NCBI GenBank assembly: GCA_030324005.1
Contig: JARDVH010000031.1
Coordinates: 68,175,651-68,238,217 of the forward strand
DNA length: 62,567 bases
From: Negaprion brevirostris
Lineage: Eukaryota
Direction of reading: 5' to 3'
In this document: positions 1 to 13,102 of the stretch, piece after piece
How positions within the stretch are numbered: position 1 is the first letter of the stretch
How the letters are laid out: every line of letters starts with the position of its first letter
Position numbers and translations under genes: made by a program
The notes under the pieces: model-generated
What the model saw: the letters and a program-made list of their open reading frames with translations, nothing else
What the model was told of the DNA's origin: nothing
Databases searched by the model: none

Positions 1-90
1 GCCTCTCCACCTCTATCCTATCCATCCCATTCATCATCTTATATGTCTCAATGAGATCTCCCCTCATTCTTCTAAATCCTAAATGGTAAA
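1..90 (-). mobile_element. CR1-type LINE ORF2 3' fragment
   Basis: Minus strand reads ...tttagaagaatgaggggagatctcattgagacatataagatgatgaatgggatggatagg (RRMRGDLIETYKMM-G-DR), the CR1 C-terminal motif; same segment as 58660-58690. Confidence 0.75.
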
Positions 91-124
91 GTGATATATT
101 TCACTGAGACCAAATGGGACAGTT

Positions 125-420
125 AAAGTTTATTGATTAGTGCCACAAGTAGACTTACATTAATACTGCAATTAAGTTACTGTGGAAATCCCTGAGACGT
201 CACACTCTGGCATCTTTTTGGGTACATTGAGGGAAAATTTAGTTTGGCTAATGCACCTAACCAGCACATGTTTCGGACTGTGGGAGGAAACCGGAGCACC
301 TGGAAGAAACCCACATGCACGCACGAGGAGAACATGTAGACTCTGCACAGACAGTGACCCAAACCCGGGTCCCTGGCGCAATGGCAGGCAATGCTAACCA
401 GGGCGCCACCACGTCGCCCT
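125..420 (-). mobile_element. tRNA-derived V-type SINE, family A (tail ...cacagtaacttcattgcagtgttaatgtaagcctacttgtgacactaataaataaacttt)
   Basis: Minus-strand tRNA-like head (gtggtggcgccctggttagcattgc...gacccgggtt), central ggtgctccggtttcctcccacagtccgaaa box, AT-rich tail; homologous to 22403-22708, 27371-27800 and 31372-31664. Confidence 0.9.
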
Positions 421-1488
421 GTTTGGAGTTACAATCAGTCAGCTTATTAAATTTTCTTAATTTGAGCAATGGGGTTGATTAAAACTTCTGAGAAATTGCT
501 TTTGATTTTTTTTACTTTAAGGGGGTTTTGATCACATATTTCAACTTGTTTTCATTGCCCTCAAAATTCAAGAAAGAAGTTTGCGATATCAGATCACACA
601 GATGTATGATTAAAATTGTCCAATGAGAAAATATCATGATTTTCCAGAGGCTACAGCTATTATAAAAATAATGATTAAGGTACAATAAGTTGCTTTGCCA
701 GAATATTCATCCTGATTATTCCCAATAGCTATTTAAGAAGATAAGTCAAATTAAAAGAGAGTTCAATTGAGCTGAAGAATCTTGCTTGTAGCAATATGTT
801 AGGAAGTTTTGGTTTGTCAGTGCTTCACCGGTATAACTTTCCTGGGTGGATAGGTCTTCCTGTAATTCAGGAAGAGCCTTATTAAGCTGACAGTTAATGA
901 AAAATGAAGTAGCTTTGAAAGTCTCTTAAGACAGTTCAATTTTAATACAGTCCCCCTGTGATGCCTACATGATAAGTAACATAATTTTTTTTCTCAATTG
1001 GTTAAAGTCATGTTCAATGTATGTAGAATTGTATAGAAATTATAACACTTAGACAAACTCAATCAGTTNNNNNNNNNNCTTCACGTATATAATTGTCATA
1101 ATTCCATTAAAATTCCACTCTTTTCAAGTTTCTCTTTCAGCCCATTCCGAAGGCTTATAAGCCGATGTAAAAGTATTTCTCCTGCTCTCTGTCCTAAAGC
1201 TCGTATATTTGATCTTCAATCCATGTCCCATCGTTACAGACCTTCAATTACTTACAATGATACTGTGCTGTTAATATATTTTATATTTAATGGAGACTGC
1301 TTTAAGAAAAAGGGCGCAGTCTTACCAACTGTTCATGCCATGCTCCTAGCACCCAGCCCAAGGAAAATCACACCACCTAAACGGTGGTAACACTCTGGCC
1401 TCAGTACTTTTCTACATGCAGTCAGTTTGTCTGGCCGGAAGGCAGCAGATGCTGAGAAAGCAGGATAATAACTCATTTTAGCTTGGAA

Positions 1489-2162
1489 TGTGATGCTTTG
1501 TAGGGTTAATGCTTTGTTTACTTAAATTCTCCTGGGTTTTTAGACTAGATTGGCAGAGCCATCTAGGTTGATGGGAGGAGTCAGCTTTGCAACAGAAAAA
1601 ATGGTTTCATTTACATTTTTGAAAGAGTAGTTGGTGACTGGAGCTGTTAAAAGGAAGAGAATTTCTCTCTCTCCTGCTCTGAAAAGCCTGAAAACTGCAA
1701 GGTTGTTACCAAAGTCAAAGCAAGTATATCTGTGTTTTCTAACTATATTTAAAGAGTATTCAAGTCTATAAAAGAAATGTTGTTTAATTAGAACTGAAAT
1801 ATTGATAAATTAGAAATTAGAATTGTTTCTTTTCAAATTTAAAGATTGTTCAACTGTTAAGAGTTAAACTGTTCTATTTATATTATAGTTATAGTCAAAC
1901 TGTGTTGTGAATAAAGCTTGTNNNNNNNNNNNNNNNNNNNNNNNNNNNNNNNNNNNNNNNNNNNNNNNNNNNNNNNNNNNNNNNNNNNNNNNNNNNNNNN
2001 NNNNNNNNNNNNNNNNNNNNNTAAAACAAATCCAAATTTGTCAGTAAAATCACACCTAAAGTGAAGCATCCTATCCTCACATTAATGCCAACATTGAAAA
2101 AATGTTGGGGTATAAACTGGCTTCATGATATAGCTTGGATTTTGGGTTTAGCACCCTAATAT
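1489..2162 (+). mobile_element. Putative solo LTR (Gypsy-like), spans a gap
   Basis: Starts with TG; AATAAA (~1910) is followed by aatcacacctaaagtg...ggcttcat, which is similar to 40681-40836. Confidence 0.4.
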
Positions 2163-3971
2163 TCTAAAAAGTTAGGCATATCAGCTGTCACTCACAATTG
2201 GCAGCACTATTACCTTGAAATCACAAGGCTTTTGGTTTGAATCCCTGTCAAAGGCTTGAACGTGGAAGTGAGTTAATTTGCAATGGAGCAGCGTGACTCA
2301 CTTACACATGCTAGAAGCTACATATATTCACACATGAGGCCCTGTCCTTTGCAAACAGAAAGAACAGGTCCACCCATTGTGCCTTTTTCAAAGAAACAAA
2401 AGACGGGGTGGGAGGGGTGTGGGGCAGCCATTCCTTGTTGCTTCTCCATGGAAGCACCTCTAGCAATCAGAGTCCACTTGTCGACTAATCATTCCCCGTG
2501 CCCATCGTGGAAGGCGAATTAGCCACAGAAGCCAGCATGCCCAGAAGAAAACTGCTCTGCAGACATAATGTACTGCAGGCAGGCTGAAGTAGTTGAGAGT
2601 GAAACTTCCACATCTCAATGGGACAAAGTCCCATTCTCAGGAGTTGCCAGCCAATTAGACAGGCTGGCAGCTCCAGCAATCTTACCAGTGCCAGAGCTCA
2701 GTTGTGGGCACTGCCAGGAACACAGCAGGAAGCACAAAGTTGATGGGAATCTGCCCCAGAAGGCTAAATCCTGTGGTTTCAGGGGAATGGGGGATCCTGG
2801 AGCCAAGGGAGCTGCATTTTGAAGAGTAGGCAATGCAGAAGAAAAAGAGTGGGGTGACATTTTGTCCCAATACAGAGAGCACTCCTCTTGAATGAGATGT
2901 CCCATCCTTCCAACCTTTTATCTTGTAGGCCATTAAAAAAGGACCTGTCCACTCTTACCCACACCAGTTGTATTATGGTGCGGGCAATGTATTATCCAGG
3001 TCAATAGGCTTGCTCAAAGGCCTCTAAATTATTTATTAACATATGTGAATCTTAGCCCCATTATCCAAGCGAACCCAAGGTCAGGTAANNNNNNNNNNNN
3101 NNNNNNNNNNNNNNNNNNNNNNNNNNNNNNNNNNNNNNNNNNNNNNNNNNNNNNNNNNNNNNNNNNNNNNNNNNNNNNNNNNNNNNNNNNNNNNNNNNNN
3201 NNNNNNNNNNNNNNNNNNNNNNNNNNNNNNNNNNNNNNNNNNNNNNNNNNNNNNNNNNNNNNNNNNNNNNNNNNNNNNNNNNNNNNNNNNNNNNNNNNNN
3301 NNNNNNNNNNNNNNNNNNNNNNNNNNNNNNNNNNNNNNNNNNNNNNNNNNNNNNNNNNNNNNNNNNNNNNNNNNNNNNNNNNNNNNNNNNNNNNNNNNNN
3401 NNNNNNNNNNNNNNNNNNNNNNNNNNNNNNNNNNNNNNNNNNNNNNNNNNNNNNNNNNNNNNNNNNNNNNNNNNNNNNNNNNNNNNNNNNNNNNNNNNNN
3501 NNNNNNNNNNNNNNNNNNNNNNNNNNNNNNNNNNNNNNNNNNNNNNNNNNNNNNNNNNNNNNNNNNNNNNNNNNNNNNNNNNNNNNNNNNNNNNNNNNNN
3601 NNNNNNNNNNNNNNNNNNNNNNNNNNNNNNNNNNNNNNNNNNNNNNNNNNNNNNNNNNNNNNNNNNNNNNNNNNNNNNNNNNNNNNNNNNNNNNNNNNNA
3701 TATGCACCCTATTTCTACCACCTTGCATTCTCTAACTCTTGCATCATCCAGAGATCTCTGTCTTTGTTCAACCTTTCCCTCCGGCAGCAATGAACCTCAA
3801 CTGTACCCAAACTATTTCCTCCTTAAAGGCATCCCATTGGTCCATTACAGTTTTGCCCTTTTAATAATTACGCCATTTTGTCAAAGGAACAAAAAAAAGA
3901 CTTCAGTGATTCCACAGCAACTCTGTTTTATACATTGGTGACAGTGTGACTAAGGATATAATATTCATTGT

Positions 3972-4258
3972 ATGGGAGGAATTTCACTTCGGGCAAAAGT
4001 ATCTGCACCCAGATGGAGGCAGGCAAGAAGGGATTGTAGGCCAACAGGCCCCATGGCCTGCCAATGGGTGCTCACCTCCAGGCAGTGGATATATTCCCCT
4101 TTTCCGTTGGTAAACTAGAGGCCAACTGAAAATTCCAGATGGTCTTCTGTCATTCCTGTTAATGAGGCTGCTAATGAGCCTAATTGGTTTCCCACCTCAT
4201 GCAGCTGGCAAATCCTGCCAGACCCAGAACCTACCACCCTTAAAATGGCGAGCACCAA
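3972..4258. mobile_element. Degenerate non-autonomous TIR element (Harbinger-like)
   Basis: Begins gggaggaatttcac and ends ccttaaaatggcgagc; GC-rich interior with ctaatgagcctaattgg; resembles other GG-terminal elements in the window. Confidence 0.4.
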
Positions 4259-4269
4259 GAACTTGTGTA

Positions 4270-4450
4270 AGAAAGTGCAGCAACATTGACAACATTTAAA
4301 AGGCATTTGGACAGATACATAGAAAGGAAAGGTTTAGAGGGATATGGGCCAAATGCAGGCAAATGGGGTTAGGTAAAATGGACATTTTGGTCAGTATGGA
4401 CCAGTATGGGCCGAAGGGCCTATCTCCATGCCATACATTGCATGATTTTA
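4270..4450 (+). mobile_element. CR1/HER1-like LINE 3' end
   Basis: acaacatttaaaaggcatttggacagatacat...gagggatatgggccaaatgcaggcaaatggg...gggccgaagggcct, the typical CR1 terminal codons (TTFKRHLDRY) plus 3' UTR. Confidence 0.8.
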
Positions 4451-5253
4451 TGAAAGCGGCACACTGGTTGGCACTGGAAATTTTGTGTCCCATTTTCTCA
4501 ATTCCTGACTTTGTCAGGGCCCAGAAATACCACCCGGAGCTAATATTTTGACTGTGATGTTCAAATTTTCTAAAATAATTGTGTGGATTCTTTTTCTGTT
4601 TTACCATCTCAGCACCATCAGGTTTTAATGGTGAAAGGTCAATTAGTTAGCCAATTTTGACAAATGTCAAATTTGAGCTGACATTCCATATCATATCCAA
4701 GTTCCTGGATCATTCCATCTGGACTTTAAAAGACAGCGCTTAATCTTTTCTTAAACTCCTATTGCTCCTGTATTTTAAACTTATTAGGAATTTCCCACCA
4801 CCCTATTCCTCTGTCCACAGAATTGTCTCATTATTTTTACTGCTATTATGGCTCTGCTCACAAACCTCAAATTTTTCCCTGGAAACTCATGCTTTAAATC
4901 TGTTCTCAAGAGTACTTTGTTCTGGCCTGTTGTCCTCATTTTCCCGATCTGTTCCTCCACCTCGGCCAGCCCTCTCATCTCTCAATGGGGCGACAACCCT
5001 CTGACGTTGTCACTTTAGAAGCCTCTTTCACTCTCTCTCTCTTTCCCTGATGTTTTAGATTGTCTCCAATTTCACTTTATGTCCTGAGATCATGGGCTCA
5101 AGCAATCTCAGTTGCACAACTTCCTGCGGATGTGTTTTCTTAGCTCACATGTGAACCCAAAATCTTCACATTCTGTAGGTACTGCACGCCACTCTCTCTT
5201 CAAGTGCTGACATTCACACTGAAACATTCGCTGTTTTCGTTAAGCTTCTGTCC

Positions 5254-5280
5254 ATATATATATATATACATATATATATA
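5254..5280. repeat. (TA)n microsatellite
   Basis: atatatatatatatacatatatatata. Confidence 0.9.
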
Positions 5281-5558
5281 AAATTCAATCAAACCATTCT
5301 GCTTTTATCTCCCTCTTTGCTCCAAATTTCTGCTCATCAAATTCAACTCAGGAAAATACTCTTCCCAATCTATTCCCACCTCACATCATTCCCAGTTCCT
5401 TCCATGATTTGCTGTCTGTTGGAATTGGTTAAGAACAAATATTAATTCCAGGAAATGCCAATGCATTTCAATGCCGTTGCTTAGTCCATTTGCACAACGA
5501 TTCACCAATTGGGATGGAGCTGGGGCACGTACGAGGAATACATGGAGTNNNNNNNNNN

Positions 5559-5685
5559 ATCTCGTCTGTGCCTGCTCCCACTGCCAGCAAGAATAGAGAA
5601 TTTGGCGTTCAGCCAAAACTCCATTCACTGCAGCGGCACCGGAGAATCCCAGCCACAGATAAGGTCAGAAGTTTTCGGCGAAAGG
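5559..5685. mobile_element. ~135-bp MITE, family M2
   Basis: Core gagaatttggcgttcagccaaaactccattcactgcagcggcaccggagaatcccagcc is shared with 45049-45185 and, in reverse, with 12712-12848 and 35765-35898. Confidence 0.7.
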
Positions 5686-6782
5686 GCTGGAAACAATTAA
5701 ATAAGAACATCACAATGGGAGAGTGACATTTATTTTAAAAGCCTTTGGAGATGCTCAAAATACATTTCAATCAGCTGTTTTTAATAAGAAATGAAGGAAA
5801 GAGAGCTTTGTGAAGCTTGACTATTATTGCCACTGGCTGCATCGGTATATAATATATTTTAGTAGCAAGAGCTGACTCAGTGGATGGCACCATATGCACC
5901 TGCTCAGAGATTAACCAGATCCAGCAATTTGGATAAAACTAGATTCAAGTAGAAAAGTTATTCTAGTTTAGCCTGTTAAATTCTGAACTGTTTCTGTGAC
6001 CAAATGTATATTAATAGCCTGGACTTTGTAGTAATAATGATGATGAAGTTGTCAGTGCCTGCCATCATTATTCTACTGAAACTGTCAGCACCTTCTAGGA
6101 TTTACACATTCACAGAATGATGCAGAAATCCAAGAATTGCTGTCGGTGATGTACTGCTCCAACAGCAGGTATGCTATTCAGGCTCCCATCTCAAAACAAT
6201 CCGAGAGTTCACAACATCCTCCATTTTTAAGCTACTAACCTTGCTGTAAAATAGCTGAATATTGAATGAGGTTTTTAATTGCGTACTGGACAACACACCC
6301 TCATCAACCCTAAGAAGCTAATTTTATTTGTGAAGTATCAAATTTTTCCATTATGATGAAAATACTCCACAGTTTTGAAAGATTTTTTAAGTTTATTCTG
6401 ATACTTTATCTTCCACCCTGATCCAATCATAATCGTGGTTCTGTGTATCATTCTGTGATTATTTTATGATCTGAAAATGTGATGCATAAAACACTTTACA
6501 CTTCCCAGTTTGCTGTCTGAGAGATACTTCGTCTCACTTAGAATTACAGATGCCGGTTAAATTTTGCATCACAGTTTATTGTTATTCCTTGAATATCAAA
6601 GTGTGCACATTATTTTAGCTTTCAAATTTTATGGGTCTTTTTCAGAATAACTTGTTTTAACAAGATTATATGATAGCCCCTCGATTGATTGGCAGTCTTG
6701 CATTCAAGCGGGTGAAGGCTCATACAGGAAAATCTTCAAATGCTTAAAAATTTGGCATAGTTTATGGATGCATTGAACTCCT

Positions 6783-7440
6783 TGGGTCGAATTCTAAGGA
6801 TGGTGGACAATTGACACTCGCCATCCCGAGAATCAGCACCTAACACATAGCAGTGATTCTCAAACTCCTGCTAACATTTCACACTCACTTGAGCACTGAT
6901 TGTCAGTGGGTAGGATTTTTATCCATCCTCAGAAGGAAGTCCCAGTGTGAGATCTGTGCGCCAATTAGATTAACCCAGGCCCTTTGCAAAGCAACTTTCC
7001 CGGGTTTTGGGGGTGGCAGGTGACGGGACACCCTTGGGGATCAGGAGGGGGGCAATCATGAAGCTGAAGAACAGGCAATGGAGGAAAGAAACCCTGGAGT
7101 TCCAATGTCCCTGTGGGAGAGGGTGCCCCAACTCTGAGGGGGCCTTCAAAGTGAGGTACCCCTCTGCCCCAACCCTTCCTCCCCGAGATGGGGAAAAGTT
7201 TTATTGTCACTGTCCCACCCTACCACACCTGTCAACCTAAAACTTGAACTGGGCAGAATTAAAGCATTTAGTGACCATGAAGTGGCCACTAAAGGACCTT
7301 GATTAGTGAATGGGTGGGCTTCTCACACAAGGTCCTACCTGCCAAAGTGTGAAATTGTGCCTGGTTTGGGTAGGTTGATTCCCAGAAGAAATCCAATCCA
7401 TTTAATTTCATGCTTCCCTCCCACCTCAGAACCTACCTTC
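6783..7440. mobile_element. Degenerate non-autonomous TIR element(s) (Harbinger-like)
   Basis: gggtcgaattct and gggtaggattttt TIR-like starts; GC-rich interior with ccaatta/ttaa motifs like other such elements here. Confidence 0.4.
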
Positions 7441-7444
7441 AGTC

Positions 7445-8177
7445 CCAACTGCAGAAATTACAGAGGAATTCCCAAACTCTTCGCCACAGGAAAGATCATC
7501 GCAAGAATCTTCTTCCCAGAGGCTGAAGAGCTCCTCCTTAAATCTCAGTGTCGCTTCCACCCATCAAGAGGCAAAGTGGACATGACTTGCAGCAGACAAC
7601 AAATTCAGGGAAAGTGCAGGGGCAGCATCAACCTCTGTAAAGGGCTTTTCTTCAATCTCACAAAAGGCCATTGACTTAGTCAATTATGAGGAAATTCAGC
7701 TTCCCACAGAAATTTATCATCATTCTCTGCCTGCTCCACAAATGGCATACAAACCACNNNNNNNNNNGCCAAAGGCCCAATTCTTGTGCAAACTGGGGTC
7801 AACGCTGGGTGTGTTATCGTACCAACTCTCTTCTCCATCTTCCTCGTAACAATACTCCACCCCATCATCTTGAAACTCCCCATTGGAGTGGCACTAACTT
7901 ACTCGAAATGGGGGGAAACTGTTCAATCTCCAACATCTCATCTTCTGTCATCAAGCTGCAGTGTGTAGATGATGCCTGCACGTGCACACATTCAGAGGCC
8001 AAGCTCCTAACCATCTTTGACACACCCAAGACATTTGAGAGGATGCGCCTCAGACTAACCATCCGGAAAATAAAAGTTCTCTATTAGCCCATACCTGCCA
8101 TATAAAACTGCTCCCAACCTTCAAGATCCATGTTGAGCAGCTGGAAAATATGTATCCCAGGTGTTGAGAGCCTCCCC
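7445..8177 (+). mobile_element. RTE-clade LINE reverse transcriptase fragment (degenerate)
   Basis: Translations CRNYRGI..ATGKIIARI..AEELLLKSQCRFHPSRGKVDM, PQKFIIILCLLH, QTGVNAGCVIVPTLFSIFL, LQCVDDAC and GLTI-like segments follow the RTE RT motif order, with frameshifts. Confidence 0.85.
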
Positions 8178-8277
8178 NNNNNNNNNNNNNNNNNNNNNNN
8201 NNNNNNNNNNNNNNNNNNNNNNNNNNNNNNNNNNNNNNNNNNNNNNNNNNNNNNNNNNNNNNNNNNNNNNNNNNNNN

Positions 8278-8352
8278 ATTGAATGGCGGGGCAGGCTCAA
8301 AGGGCTAGATGGCCTACTCCTGCTCCTATTTCTTATGTTCTTATGTTCTTAT
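8278..8352 (+). mobile_element. CR1 LINE 3' tail
   Basis: attgaatggcggggcaggctcaaagggctagatggcctactcctgctcctatttcttatgttcttatgtt (8-bp terminal repeat). Confidence 0.8.
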
Positions 8353-8827
8353 TCATTTTTTGCTGATAAGAATGGCTTATCAGATGATGGGTATAGGACT
8401 TTTGAACTCTCTGATTTGCATCATAGATGTTGCTATGAGATGATGGGAAAGGCACCTTTGAACTCTATGATTAATATTACAGACATTACTCAGAGACAAG
8501 CGGGTCAGAGCTTCGAGATTTTATGAATCAATGAATTCCCAATGATGTCAGAGGGCAGTATGCAGTTGGCTAAAGTATATGACATATATTAACAATAATT
8601 GACTGTACTAATGGTGATTGGTTCATGTCTGATAGGGATGAACCAGAAGGTGGGTAAAGCAAACTTGGGAAATCTATCATAATGATAATAAATGTAATGT
8701 GATATCAGAGAGGCATTGGACTGCCTGATACTTCCTCCCATTGTACATTGATCAATAAAGAACATCTTTCACCGTCATACTGCTGCATTGTGAGTCTTTG
8801 TATTAGCTAAAACTTTGGCAATACTTA

Positions 8828-9950
8828 GGGTTCGATTTTACCACTACATTGCACCCATTTTCGGGTGTGTAAACATGGTAAAGTCAGATGTGAGGCCATT
8901 AACACAATCCGCACTCATGTCTGTGCAGATGGCCACTTTACCAAGACCCGGGAGTGGCCGCAATCCGATTTGCGCCTGAAACGGGCACAACGCTGATTTA
9001 AATGTAATTGCATGCATTTCAATGGAATTAATGAACTGTCTGCCTAACTTTATCAGCATTTCCCGCTTTATCACGGCGTCTGCCGATCCAGAATCGCGCC
9101 GAAATGGACATGTTGAATAAAAGTCTAAATTGGGCACTCCAGCTACTGAAGAGGTGAGTTCAGAGCTTCCAACGGTTCTCTGACTCGGATCGGTGGTGCG
9201 GACAGGGAGGCAGGTCAGATCATTCTTTGGTGGGGTGGGGGGTGGGGAGGAGGAAAGCCCAATCGTTCTCTGATTGGGGGGGAAGGGTGGGGTGGGGAGG
9301 GCCAATCGTTGTCTGGTTGTCAGGGGGAGGGAGGCAGGTCAGATGTACCTCGGTGGGGGGAGTGAGGCGAGATCTTTCTCTGGGGAAGGAGGTGGTGAAT
9401 GAGGCCAGATCATTCTCGGGAAGGGGGCGTGGGGCAGCGGTGGAGGGAGTGAGGCGAGATCATTCTCTGGGAGGGAGAGTGAAGGCGAATAATTCTCAGG
9501 TGGAGGGAGAGAGCCAGATCATTCTCTTGGTGATGTGGGGAGGGTAGGGAGGACAGAGGAGGGACGTGGATAAAGTGTATCTCTGATGGGGGGCAGAGGC
9601 TCGATCACTCACTGGTGGAGGTGGGGGGAGGCCAGATGGATCCCNNNNNNNNNNNNNNNNNNNNNNNNNNNNNNNNNNNNNNNNNNNNNNNNNNNNNNNN
9701 NNNNNNNNNNNNNNNNNNNNNNNNNNNNNNNNNNNNNNNNNNNNACACGAGCACTTTATTCAAACTTTTTTTCTAACTGTGCGTGCGTAGTTCAGAGCTC
9801 CGAACGTTTCAGGTGCTCTAAGCTCTGCCCATAGCACGATTCAGACTCGCGATTCTTTTTTCAGGCTAACCGATGGGAGTGTCTGAAAGCAGATTTCCAA
9901 GTCGGATCTGAATTGTGCCCAGATTCAACACTTAGAACGAAAATGGGCCC
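8828..9950. mobile_element. ~1.1-kb non-autonomous TIR element (PIF/Harbinger-like) with internal G-rich minisatellite
   Basis: Ends gggttcgatttt / aaaatgggccc form an imperfect inverted repeat; flanks tta / ttt are a possible 3-bp TSD with one mismatch; interior is CpG-rich. Confidence 0.6.
9205..9645 (+). repeat. G-rich degenerate tandem repeat (unit ~25-45 bp built on agatcattctct + G runs)
   Basis: Repeated (cc/gcg)agatcattctc(t/g)gg separated by ggggagg tracts, roughly ten variants. Confidence 0.8.
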
Positions 9951-10000
9951 TTTGATTTTGAAAAAAACCCCGTCTATACCCTTTGACTCAAAGACAATGC

Positions 10001-10128
10001 TGGGCAGGATTTTCCAGCCATGCTTGCTCCAAGGCTGGAAATTTTTGCCTGACTTCAACTGACCTTTATATGGCCTACCCTCACCCGTTACGATTCCAGT
10101 GGCGGGTGAGATGAGAAAATTTTGCCCA
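10001..10128. mobile_element. ~130-bp MITE, family M1
   Basis: TIRs tgggcaggattttc / gaaaattttgccca, plus an internal third TIR-like copy ggctggaaatttttgcc. Confidence 0.8.
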
Positions 10129-10430
10129 AAGGGTATTACCAGTAAGCCGAAGCATCTTCCTGCTAAAACCCTTCAGGATCCATGGTCAACACACTCGAAT
10201 TAAATTTGTGCATTTTTAAAGGCAATCGAGGAATGTAACAAAATCAATATCTTATATTCATCCCTGGCTGTTCAAGTGAAGCTGAGTAGTAGGAATAAGT
10301 AGTTGGAAGGTCACTTTAATGGGTATTACATAATTAACCACACTATGCAGCTGTATGGGCTGCTCGGTGTCTAAAAGAATTCATAATACCAGGCTCTGTC
10401 TATTGGGATAGTAACACGTTTCAGTACCAG

Positions 10431-11611
10431 GGACTGAATTTTCAGCATGGAGATTGGAAATGGATTTGGGTCAGAAACTTGTTTCCAAAGTGAAACTGAT
10501 CAATGTTAATATTTTCACAGAACAAACCCTCAATCTTATTTGGAGACAGATTTCCTGTCCACTAAGAACCAGTGGGAGTGGGATTGAAAGTGAATTAGGT
10601 AAATTGTGGCATTCACTTAGACCCCCACTTAGCTGGCTGCTGGTTTTCCTGAGGGAGTGATTTGCTGATTGTGCCAAGACCTTACGTTGCAGTGGAAGAA
10701 ACTGGGATGCTGGCAGAGAGACAAGGGTCTGGAACCCAGCTGCCGGGCTGCCTATCACTTCATTGATGTTGAGTTGTACTTAACATTGGAGGCCAGGAAG
10801 CAGAGGATGGTACTCCCAAATTTCTAAGTTATGAATCTGCAACCAATGCTCCTAAACTGATGTCATCAGAGCAACAGATCAATGTCTGAGGTCTCAGCCA
10901 AGAATACATAATGAAGCTGGGCTATCAGCCCAGGTATCCATTACTCTGAAGAAACAGCTAAGTTCCAGGAAATGCTTGATTAGCAGACCAGGCTCTTTGA
11001 TCTCTGCTGTCAATCTCACAATGTTTATTCACACTAGGTTAAGAGTTTTAAAGTTCCTGCAGTTTCTGTTATTGATATTTTAAGGAGTCTGGATGATTAA
11101 TGTTTTATTGTCCTATTAAAGAAACTTTTTAACATTGTGGAAAATAGTAAATGATGATTATTTTTTGAAGTTATTTTACAAATACTAATGTCATTATGGT
11201 GTCCATTGGTTCTATGCAGCGCATAGTGGGTGAATGGGCATGGAGGTGTTATAGCTTGGATAGGGATCTTCGGGGGGCGGGGCGGCAGGCAGCATAACTT
11301 GGCATGGGGAAGTAAAAAGCCACTGGGGAGGCACAGCATGGCATGGGGTGCACAAGGTGGCATGACTGGGACATGGAGAATGAGGAGATGTGAGGGGTGT
11401 GCGTTGGGGTGGTTCTTTTTATTTTAATTGGGAGAGGACCCACAGAATCAAGGTGGGCTTTTTAAGCATCCCACCTCTGCACTGGCATCCCAAGTGGCTG
11501 TCTCCAAGTCAGAGTTGGCCTGCTTTGCAGGCATTTTCACCTGGGATAGCTGGGCTTAGCTGGAGATTTTCCTGACTCCCGTTACTCACTCTGGTGATGA
11601 AAATCCAGGCC
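10431..11611. mobile_element. ~1.2-kb non-autonomous TIR element (Harbinger-like)
   Basis: ggactgaattttca / tgaaaatccaggcc (14-bp IR, 2 mismatches); ggcatggg-rich interior at 11230-11420; a related reversed relic lies near 41150-41720. Confidence 0.55.
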
Positions 11612-11698
11612 AAAAAGTTTTATCCTCCCCCCATCTCAGATGTGAAATAGATATTTAAATGGTAGACTTCAATGGAGTATTGTGATGAATATGGCATG

Positions 11699-11838
11699 GA
11701 GACTAGATTTATGCACCGGAAGTCGAAAGCCTCACCCACTACGGAATTGGAGCAGATGAGGTGCGGACAACGGAAGTGTCCATTGACCCCGAGCGGGAAT
11801 TTCCGGTCTCACTCGAGTAAGGCCATAAAAACTCACCT
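11699..11838. mobile_element. MITE, M1-related
   Basis: ccattgacccgagcgggaatttccgg core as in M1 copies; degenerate TIRs. Confidence 0.55.
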
Positions 11839-12030
11839 GTGGTTTTCTTGTCTGTTCTATCATAGTTGTAGACACACTGTTATCATGTTTCCCCGGCAAA
11901 TCAGCTAAAATTTATTCCATGATGAGTGCTGCATTATCTCATGAAATAATTCAAATTATTTTTTTGCTAGTTGAGATTGCAATGCCAGATTAATATTAAG
12001 TTAACGACGGGTGAGTTAATTCAGACATTG

Positions 12031-12148
12031 CGGCTGGGAATCTACCACCTTGCCCGCCAGAGAATCAGATGGGTGAGGGCCCGACAACATAAATCTCCGT
12101 TGACTTTAGACGGACATTTCTGGGCTCGAGGCCTTAAAATCCTGCCCT
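12031..12148. mobile_element. MITE, M1-related
   Basis: ggctgggaatcta ... ccgttgacttt ... taaaatcctgccc. Confidence 0.65.
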
Positions 12149-12711
12149 GCAAGTGAGGCCTATGATCATACTCAGGCTTTAGTTGTGGAAAGGCATTTTA
12201 GAAGCTACAGATATTGTAGTGCGCATATTTTATATTCACAGAGGTGGTTTTATTTTGCACAGCGCAACTGATTGTTTCTTTGTGTACAGTTCTACAATTT
12301 GAATAGACTATTTACATGGCATTAGCATTAGAGACAAAACCACGTGAAGTAACTCTCCATTTTAATTGTCCCATTTTAAGTTGTTCTGCTTTAACTTAGT
12401 GGATTTCATAGGGCCAAAGTGTGCACTTAAATTCGGGTTTTCCAATTTAGTGCAGTTTTGCACTGAGCAAAAGTAGTTCATATGACCTGATGAATGCTAT
12501 TTTCGAATGGCCACTCCTTCTTGCTGACTATCCGGCTTGCCACATTGCTCCCAAGCCCTCCCACTCAACACTTCACTACCTGATCCTCCTACTTCCAGCT
12601 TCCCTTATTCCCTTGCTGTGTTGCTCCCTTTCATCACTTCTCTCCCGAGACTCATACACGGTGAGATTTGGGAGTGGGAAGCAGCAAGTGAGAGAGAAAT
12701 GGTGAACCAGC

Positions 12712-12848
12712 TGCCAGAAACCTCCGACCTTGCCCATGGTTGTGATTCTCTGGTGCTGCTGCAGTGAATGGAGGTTTGGCTGAGCGCCAAATTTTCTATT
12801 CTCAGTGGCAGTAGGGGGTGGGGCGAATGAGATCGGAGAATCCTGCCC
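12712..12848. mobile_element. MITE, family M2
   Basis: gattctctggtgctgctgcagtgaatggaggtttggctgagcgccaaatt...ggagaatcctgccc. Confidence 0.75.
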
Positions 12849-13102
12849 AGAGAGCGGGAGGGTTGGAGAGCAGTAGATTCAGCAAGTGAAAGATACAGTG
12901 AATGGGAGACAAATAGAAATAGCATATTTCTTTATTTTTTTAAAATTTATCTTATTTTTAAAGTTAATTTATTTACAGATATCAAAATGGAAGATTATAG
13001 AGTATATCAACTTACAAGGTGCATTTTTTCTGATTTCCTCCATTTTGTTTCATTTAAGCCTGCACTTTTCAGGAAGGCAATGACAATGTTAAGAAAGGAA
13101 TA

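Noticed and set aside
3029-3941. Long ORFs in the track (also 28049-28922, 38300-38784, 39680-40636, 57562-58584)
   Set aside because: They are open only because they run through N gaps; the only meaningful residues are CR1 LINE remnants at 58461-58584.
9205-9645. Repeat-spacer-like periodicity (CRISPR-like)
   Set aside because: Units are degenerate, spacers are low-complexity G runs, the context is vertebrate and there are no cas genes; it is a minisatellite.
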